Assembly: GCA_017881315.1 (NCBI GenBank)
Contig: JADGRB010000002.1
Span: forward strand, 1 to 62,121
Reading direction: 5' to 3'
From: Pseudomonadota bacterium
Lineage (GTDB): Bacteria > Myxococcota_A > Polyangia > Fen-1088
Length of the DNA stretch: 62,121 nucleotides
Below the pieces are notes generated by a model that was not told the DNA's origin, did not search any database, and was given only the letters and a program-made list of their open reading frames with translations. A program made the position numbers and the translations under genes. This document shows positions 45,813 to 52,043 of this stretch, piece after piece. The first letter of the stretch is position 1, and every line of letters starts with the position of its first letter.

Positions 45813-46821
45813 GCGCCCCATGGCAACGACGTTGGGTCAGGAGTTTGGGATCAGGCGGGTGTACGACGCGACGCCGAAAAAGGGCGCTGGCGTTTCGCTG
45901 CGGTTGAGCGATCGACAGGTGGAGCTGGGGACCCGCGAATTCGACCTTTACGAGAAGGTCTCGGAGCGCGTTCCGGGCATTCGATCGCAAAAGGAAGTCG
46001 CGGCCGAGCTCGGAATGGACCAGGCGGGGCTCGGGCGGCTGCTCGCGGCGCTGCAGAGCGCGGGTCTCGTTTATCGCGCCGACGCCGTTCCGGCGACGTT
46101 GAGCGGCATCGAGCTTCACACGCTTTTCAACAAGATCCTGCCGAGCTGGCTCGACGAGGCGTTCTCGCATCCGTTCTGGGAGCGGATGACCAGCGGCAAA
46201 GGATCGCGCCGGATGTACTCCGGTTGGCTCATCGAGCTCTACCACTACACGCGCAACGCCAACCGGCACATGCCGCTCTCCTGCGCCTACGCGCACGAGA
46301 AGGCCATCAAGAACATGCGCGCCAAGCACTACGCCGAGGAGTGGAACCACTACCATTACTTCCTCAAGGCGCTCAAGGCGCTGGGCTTCTCCGAGGACAG
46401 CGTCATCAAGTCGGTGCCGCTGCCGATGTCGCTGGCCCTCTCGAACTTCATGCGCCAGGCGGCGCGCGACGACATCCTCGCGTACTCGATCTGCTCGGCG
46501 GTTCTGGAAGGCACGACCGTCGACCGCGGCGCCTACAACCCCTACTACGAGACCTGCGCGAAGCTCTACGACCTTCCGGCGGAGTCCATCGCGCCGATCT
46601 ATGCGCACCTCGATCTGGATGTGCAGTACCAGCACTCGGATCTCTTCCTGGACATCCTCGGCAAGGTCGATTCGATTCCGGCCGCCCGGGCGGGTCACAT
46701 TCTCGACTATGGCCACCAGCTGATCGAGCACATCTGGCTCTGGACGGACAGCATCGAGAAGTATTACGGCGTGGAGTCGAATCCGATGCCCCGTCCGGCG
46801 TTTAGCAAGTTGCTCGACTAG
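45811..46821 (+). CDS. PqqD/RRE-like winged-helix domain fused to a heme-oxygenase-like (PqqC/TenA/diiron oxidase-type) domain, paralog 1
   Basis: 336 aa (333 if ATG 45820). Shared blocks with paralog 2: HPFWER, LIELYHY, HYAEEWNH (ExxH), AHLDLDVQYQH (H-x3-D-x4-H). Confidence 0.7.
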   Translation: MRPMATTLGQEFGIRRVYDATPKKGAGVSLRLSDRQVELGTREFDLYEKVSERVPGIRSQKEVAAELGMDQAGLGRLLAALQSAGLVYRADAVPATLSGIELHTLFNKILPSWLDEAFSHPFWERMTSGKGSRRMYSGWLIELYHYTRNANRHMPLSCAYAHEKAIKNMRAKHYAEEWNHYHYFLKALKALGFSEDSVIKSVPLPMSLALSNFMRQAARDDILAYSICSAVLEGTTVDRGAYNPYYETCAKLYDLPAESIAPIYAHLDLDVQYQHSDLFLDILGKVDSIPAARAGHILDYGHQLIEHIWLWTDSIEKYYGVESNPMPRPAFSKLLD

Positions 46822-46856
46822 TCAGCGATGTCAGCGATAACGCGGGGAGAAGCCTG

Positions 46857-47858
46857 ATGGAAATGCAGCATCCAGTCCTCAAGCGCACGGCCAAGGTCGT
46901 GCATGGCAAGAACGACAAGCTCGCCATCCAGTACATGGGTCAGGAGGTGACCCTGGAAGGCGCCGCCGCGAAGCTCTTCGACAAGATGCTGCCGTTCCTC
47001 GATGGCAACACCGGCATCGGCGGGATCGCCGAGCGCATCTCGGAGTCGCCCAAGCGGCTGCAGTCGCTGACCCAGCAGCTCGGCAAGACCGGCGTGCTGG
47101 GCTTCAAGGACGCCGACAACGGCGAGCGCATCACCGGCGAGCAGTTCTACGAGATCCATCGGACCTACGTGAACGACTGGCTGCAGCCGATCTACGATCA
47201 CCCCTTCTGGGAGAGGGTCGTGACCGGCAAGGCGACGCGCGCCCAGGTGCTGGGGTTCGCCTTCGAGAAGTACCACTACATCGAGGGCGCCTTCGAGCAC
47301 ATGGCCATCGCGGCGGCCAACGCGACGCCCGAGATGATGCCGCACCTGGCCCGCCACTTCATCGAGGAGTACAACCACGGTGACATCTACCGGAAGGGGC
47401 TGCAGAGCCTGTTCCCCAACGACCTCATCCTGCGCGCCCAGCCGCTCCCCAGCACGCGCGCGCTGGTCAACTTCCTCAGCGAGTCGGCGGCCCGCAACTC
47501 GTTCGGGTACTACGCGGGGAACGAGCTCCTGCAGATGACCGAGAACACCGGCGAAGACACGGACAACGACTCGATCAACGACTTCTACGATGCGATGCGG
47601 AAGCACTATCCGTACACCGACAAGGTGATCGACGCTTTCATCGCCCACACCAACGCCGACCAGAAGCTGGGACACGAGAACGTCTTCCTCGAGATGTGCC
47701 AGAGCATTCCGCCGCTCACCCGGACCGAGGTGGACGACGCGCTCAACATCGTGCGCTCGATGGCCGAGCACCTCTACCTGTTCATGGACGGCATCGACAC
47801 CTTCTACGCCCGCTTCCCGACGATCCCGCGCGCCCCCTGCGACCTGCTTTCCGAGTAG
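46857..47858 (+). CDS. PqqD/RRE-like winged-helix domain fused to a heme-oxygenase-like domain, paralog 2
   Basis: 333 aa. Blocks: HPFWER, FEKYHY, HFIEEYNH, AHTNADQKLGH. The N-terminus has a beta3-alpha3 pattern ending LTQQLGKTGVLGF. Confidence 0.7.
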   Translation: MEMQHPVLKRTAKVVHGKNDKLAIQYMGQEVTLEGAAAKLFDKMLPFLDGNTGIGGIAERISESPKRLQSLTQQLGKTGVLGFKDADNGERITGEQFYEIHRTYVNDWLQPIYDHPFWERVVTGKATRAQVLGFAFEKYHYIEGAFEHMAIAAANATPEMMPHLARHFIEEYNHGDIYRKGLQSLFPNDLILRAQPLPSTRALVNFLSESAARNSFGYYAGNELLQMTENTGEDTDNDSINDFYDAMRKHYPYTDKVIDAFIAHTNADQKLGHENVFLEMCQSIPPLTRTEVDDALNIVRSMAEHLYLFMDGIDTFYARFPTIPRAPCDLLSE

Positions 47859-47867
47859 GCCTCGGGC

Positions 47868-48455
47868 TTGCCTCCCGGATCGCTCACCTACGGAGAGGCC
47901 GAGTTCCGACGCATTCGAGAGCTCGGCGGGGGTCCGCTCGAGGTGCCCGAGGATCTGCGTCGGGTGCTCGACGGGATCGGCTACCTGGAAGACTGGCGTA
48001 AGGCCTACCGCGTCCAGTCGGTCCAGGCCTCGCTCCACAGCGACAAGATCACCTGCATCGACTCGGCGATCCTGGCCTACGGCCTGCTGGAGCTGCTGTT
48101 CGGCGACGTCAAGCGGCGCCTGCTCGCCATCCACCGCCGCGATCCGGTCTCGGGGGAGGAGGTCGGTCACTGCGTGGCGCTCCACTGGAACGACGCGGGG
48201 AAGGTGGGATCGTTCGCCAAGTCCAACTATCCCGGGCTGGGCCACCGCGACGCGATCTTCGACGACGAGACCGCGATCGCGGCCAGCTACGCGCAGACCT
48301 ACCTCAAGATGGGGTTCCAGCCGCTCTACTTCGGGGTGACCACGCTGGAAGAGTGCGCGCCCGACATCGACTGGCGGTATTCGCCCGACGAGCTCAACAT
48401 CATCTCGGCGCGGATCCAGGAGCACTACGAGTACTCGTTCATGCTGGCGACATGA
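47868..48455 (+). CDS. hypothetical Cys-His protein, papain/transglutaminase-like fold suspected
   Basis: 195 aa with a TTG start 9 nt after the upstream stop. Candidate triad: KITCIDSAILAYGLL (Cys), EVGHCVALHW (His), GSFAKSN or HRD (Asx). The stop overlaps the next ATG. Confidence 0.45.
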   Translation: MPPGSLTYGEAEFRRIRELGGGPLEVPEDLRRVLDGIGYLEDWRKAYRVQSVQASLHSDKITCIDSAILAYGLLELLFGDVKRRLLAIHRRDPVSGEEVGHCVALHWNDAGKVGSFAKSNYPGLGHRDAIFDDETAIAASYAQTYLKMGFQPLYFGVTTLEECAPDIDWRYSPDELNIISARIQEHYEYSFMLAT

Positions 48456-50080
48456 CCCCGCCCGCTTCGGCCCCCCGCCCCATCCCCCGCTTTTCCGACG
48501 TCTCGGAGCTGCTGGCGGCGCTCCGGCAGCTTCCGCCCGAGCGGACGGCCCTGACCTTTTACCAGGGGCGGAACCTGGCGGGTCGCCTCCGCTACGGCGA
48601 GCTGCTCGCCGGCGTGGACCGCTTCACCCGGCGCCTACGCGACGACCTCGGCGTCCGTCCTGGCGATTGTGTGGCCGTGCTGTCGCCGAACCGGCTCGAG
48701 GTCCCGGCCTTGCTGCTGGCGGCCATGCGGCTCGGGGCGGCGATCGTTCCGCTCAACCCCACCACCCTGCCGGCGGACTGGGACTACATCCTCGCGCACT
48801 CCGAGGCGCGTCTGATCTTCGGCGTTCGGGAGCTGCTGGCGCGGCTCGTCCGGCGACCCGACCAGGTTTGCGCCTTCGAGGACGAGCCCGCCCCCACGCC
48901 CGCGCCCGCCGATCTGCCCCGGCAGGATCCCGTGTCCCCGATCGGGTCGCTCGCCGAGACGATGGCGATCGTCCTTTACACCTCGGGCACCACCGGGAAT
49001 CCGAAAGGCGTCGCGCTGGGCCAGAGCAGCCTGCTCGCCAACGCCTGGAGCCTGGCGGTGAATTTCGGGTTCCGAGAAGAGACCCAGTTCGCGGTGCTGC
49101 CCCTCTATCACGCCCACGCGCTGGGGTTCGGCTTGATGACGACCCTGACGACGGGCGGACACCTGGTCTTCACCGATCGATTCGATCCGTTCTCCTGGGC
49201 GGAGGTCCTGCGCGCCGAGTCGGTCACCTTGACCAGCGTCGTTCCGACGTTGCTGACGCCACTGCTTCAGATGGGCGTGCGTCGCGACCGGATCCCCACC
49301 CTGCGTGCGGTCTTGGTTTCGTCGGCCCCCCTCTCGGTGGCGCTCGCGCGGGCGTTCGAGACCAAGACCTCGATCCCGCTGGTCCAGGGGTGGGGTCTGT
49401 CCGAATACACCAACTTCGCCTGCTGCCTCTCGCCCGATCTGCCCGACGACGAGCGTCGGCGCCTGCTCACCGGCGACGAGCTCACATCGATCGGAAGCCC
49501 CCTGCCCGGCACGGAGGTGAGGGTGGTTGGTCCGGACGGCGAGACCGCGTCCGCCGAACAGCGCGGCGAGCTCCAGATCCGGGGACACAGCACCATGCTG
49601 GCCTACTTCCGGGACGCCGCCGCCACCACGGCGGCGATGACCGAGGACGGGTGGCTGCGCACGGGCGACGAGGGTTTCTTTCGTCTCGCCGGCGACGAGC
49701 CGGTCTTCTTCATCACCGGCCGGATCAAGGAGATCATCATCCGCGATGGCGACAAGCTGAGCCCGCTCGCGATCGAACGGCGGATCCTGGCCGATCTACC
49801 CGAGCTGGAAGGGCGGCTGGTGGTCCTCGGGTTCCCGCACGAGGTGCACGGCGAAGAGATCGGCGTCTATATCGAAGGCGACGAGATCGGCGAGGAGCTG
49901 GCGGCCCGCCTCACCAAGACGGCCAGCGACATGCCGGCCGACGCGCGCCCCAAGGTGATCCTGCACGGCGCCGCGCCGATTCCCCGCACGCACACCGGCA
50001 AGATCCAGCGACGAAAGCTGCACCCGACCTTCGCGCCCTTCGGCAACTGCCGCGGCGCGCTCCGGATCGTGCGCGTCTGA
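48452..50080 (+). CDS. ANL-superfamily adenylating enzyme (acyl-CoA/acyl-carrier ligase)
   Basis: ATG at 48452 (ATGA overlap). Blocks: IVLYTSGTTGNPKGV, VQGWGLSEYT, LRTGDEG, GRIKEIIIRDGDKLSP, THTGKIQRRKL. Confidence 0.9.
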   Translation: MTPPASAPRPIPRFSDVSELLAALRQLPPERTALTFYQGRNLAGRLRYGELLAGVDRFTRRLRDDLGVRPGDCVAVLSPNRLEVPALLLAAMRLGAAIVPLNPTTLPADWDYILAHSEARLIFGVRELLARLVRRPDQVCAFEDEPAPTPAPADLPRQDPVSPIGSLAETMAIVLYTSGTTGNPKGVALGQSSLLANAWSLAVNFGFREETQFAVLPLYHAHALGFGLMTTLTTGGHLVFTDRFDPFSWAEVLRAESVTLTSVVPTLLTPLLQMGVRRDRIPTLRAVLVSSAPLSVALARAFETKTSIPLVQGWGLSEYTNFACCLSPDLPDDERRRLLTGDELTSIGSPLPGTEVRVVGPDGETASAEQRGELQIRGHSTMLAYFRDAAATTAAMTEDGWLRTGDEGFFRLAGDEPVFFITGRIKEIIIRDGDKLSPLAIERRILADLPELEGRLVVLGFPHEVHGEEIGVYIEGDEIGEELAARLTKTASDMPADARPKVILHGAAPIPRTHTGKIQRRKLHPTFAPFGNCRGALRIVRV

Positions 50081-50101
50081 CGCCTCGGCGCGTCCAGTCG
50101 C

Positions 50102-51022
50102 TCAGCGCCGCAGGCTCAGAATCAGGCCGGTGCAGAGGATCCAGAGTCCGATGGTGGCGATGAGCGGCTTGTCCTTGAGGAAGACCTCCTCGGGGCTGCC
50201 GCCGGCGTTCTGCGCGTGGGCGAGATAGAGGTATCGGAAGAGCCCGAAGATCACGAACGGAATGGTCAGCATCATCAAGTTGTTGGCGGGAAGCCTGGGC
50301 GAGGTGAAGGTGTAGAGCGAATAGGCCATGATCGTCGACGAGGCCGCGATACTGGTCAGGCTGTCGACCAGGGAGGGCGTATAGGTCTCGAGGTTCTTAC
50401 GATGCTCGCCGGCGGCGCTGTCGAGCAGCAGAAGCTCGTTCCGCCGCTTGGACAGGCCCAGGAACAGCGCCCCCAGCAGCGTCACGATGTAGAGCCAGGG
50501 GGAGATGGCGGCCCCGATCACGACGGCGCCGGAGATCGCGCGGAGCACGAAGCCGATCGCGAGGATGAAAACGTCCAGGAGCACCAGGTTCTTGAGCAGG
50601 AAGATGTAGGCGAACTGCAGGAGCAGGTAGCCGACGGCGATCCCCGCAAAGGCAGGGCTGAGCAGGGTGGCCGCGACCAAGCAGCCCGGCATCAGCAGGA
50701 CGGCGGCCACGACGGCCACGCCGGGACGGAGGTGGCCCGCGGCGACCGGACGGTTTCGTTTGGTCGGGTGCTGCCGATCCTTCTCGGCGTCCAGCACGTC
50801 GTTGAGCAGATAGACGGAGCTGGAGAGGAGGCAGAACAGCCCGAACGTCGCAGCCGACCGCCCCAGCAGATCCCACATCGAAGCCGACAGCGGGCGCCAG
50901 CGTTCGTTGATCGTGAACACGAACGCCGCGAACACCAGCAGGTTCTTGATCCACTGCTTGGGCCGCATCGTGCGGACGAGCGCGAGCCATACCGGGGGGG
51001 CGTCCGATCGGGGTTTCGTCAT
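50102..51022 (-). CDS. UbiA-family polyprenyl-phosphate 5-phosphoribosyltransferase (DPPR synthase, Rv3806c-like)
   Basis: Blocks: MRPKQWIKNLLVFAA, YLLNDVLDAEKDRQHPTKRNRPVAAG. About 8 TM segments. Confidence 0.8.
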   Translation of the reverse strand: MTKPRSDAPPVWLALVRTMRPKQWIKNLLVFAAFVFTINERWRPLSASMWDLLGRSAATFGLFCLLSSSVYLLNDVLDAEKDRQHPTKRNRPVAAGHLRPGVAVVAAVLLMPGCLVAATLLSPAFAGIAVGYLLLQFAYIFLLKNLVLLDVFILAIGFVLRAISGAVVIGAAISPWLYIVTLLGALFLGLSKRRNELLLLDSAAGEHRKNLETYTPSLVDSLTSIAASSTIMAYSLYTFTSPRLPANNLMMLTIPFVIFGLFRYLYLAHAQNAGGSPEEVFLKDKPLIATIGLWILCTGLILSLRR

Positions 51023-51032
51023 ACCTCCGCCG

Positions 51033-52043
51033 TCAGCGTTCGAGGACCAGGCGGTAGCGGACCTGATTTTGCCGAAGCCGCGTCAGGGCGGCGTTGGCCT
51101 CGACCATCGGCATTCGCTGGATCTGCGGGACCACCCCGTGGCGGGTCACGAATCGCAACATCTCGCGAATGATCGCGCGGCCGCCGATGTCGCTCCCGGT
51201 GATCGACCGCTGGCCCGTGATCAGCAGCGACGGCGGGAATTGCATGATCATCCCCGGGGGGATGCCCAGCAGACACAGGGTTCCGTTGGCCCTCAGCGTC
51301 TGAAGATAGGTCGTCCAGTCGAGGCGGGCCGCGACCGTCGAGAGGATCAGATCGAACCGGCCGAAGTGCTTGCGGATCTCCCGCGCGTCGGTGGAGGAGG
51401 CAAAGTCGTGCGCCCCCATCGCCAGGGCCTCGGGCTTCTTGTCGGGTGAGGTCGAAAAGGCCGTGACCTCGGCGCCGAGCGCCCGCAACATCCGGATCGC
51501 CATGTGTCCGAGACCGCCGATCCCGATGACCGCCACGCTGCTGGTGGCGCCGATGCCGTACCGGCGCATCGGCGCGTAGACCGTCACCCCTCCGCAGAGC
51601 AGCGGTGCCGCCGCGGCGCTGTCGAGGTCGGGTGGAAGCGCGAAGGCGAAGCGTCCGTCGATCCGGATCCGATCCGCCAACCCGCCGTGGTGGCCCATGC
51701 AGGTGGCCTGCTGGCGGGGGCAGAGGTTCTCCTCGCCGCCCAGGCAGAGATCGCATTCGAGACAGGCGCTTCGCTGCCACCCGACGCCGACCCGCTGTCC
51801 CAGCTCCAGATGCTTGACCGCGCTGCCCATCGCGCCGACGGTGCCCACGATCTCGTGACCGGGGACCTGCGGATACTTGCTGCGCGACCAGCTGTCGTCG
51901 ATGAGGTGGATGTCGCTGTGGCAGAGGCCGCAGTGCGAGATCTCGATCTCGATGTCGTTGGGGCCGAGCTCTTCCGGCTGGTAGGAAAAATCCTCGAGGG
52001 CGGCGCCCTTCGCCAGCGCGGCCTGCGCCTTGATGACTGTCAT
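51033..52043 (-). CDS. zinc-dependent NAD(P) alcohol dehydrogenase (MDR, YahK/cinnamyl-ADH-like)
   Basis: Blocks: ISHCGLCHSDIH, VPGHEIVG, structural Zn site CLECDLCLGGEENLC, Rossmann VIGIGGLGH. The ATG abuts the upstream stop with zero gap. Confidence 0.9.
   Translation of the reverse strand: MTVIKAQAALAKGAALEDFSYQPEELGPNDIEIEISHCGLCHSDIHLIDDSWSRSKYPQVPGHEIVGTVGAMGSAVKHLELGQRVGVGWQRSACLECDLCLGGEENLCPRQQATCMGHHGGLADRIRIDGRFAFALPPDLDSAAAAPLLCGGVTVYAPMRRYGIGATSSVAVIGIGGLGHMAIRMLRALGAEVTAFSTSPDKKPEALAMGAHDFASSTDAREIRKHFGRFDLILSTVAARLDWTTYLQTLRANGTLCLLGIPPGMIMQFPPSLLITGQRSITGSDIGGRAIIREMLRFVTRHGVVPQIQRMPMVEANAALTRLRQNQVRYRLVLER

Noticed and set aside
45662-45907. 81-codon ORF (MIQSRGVRDMYVDSEIYSRYFFDVRTRKYPLITARF...) preceded by GGAGGAGG, considered as a precursor peptide for the RRE-like oxidases.
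   Set aside because: Third-codon positions are only about half G/C, unlike real genes here. Its last roughly 30 codons run out of frame through the well-supported N-terminus of the first oxidase and read as typical Arg-rich junk. It would also cover the predicted promoter. I keep it only as something to test by ribosome profiling.
43128-47858. MBL-fold protein + PqqD-like + PqqC-like domains considered as a cryptic PQQ operon.
   Set aside because: There is no radical-SAM PqqE and no PqqA-like peptide with the Glu-x3-Tyr motif. The domain order and fusions differ, and the genes are on different strands and in different operons.
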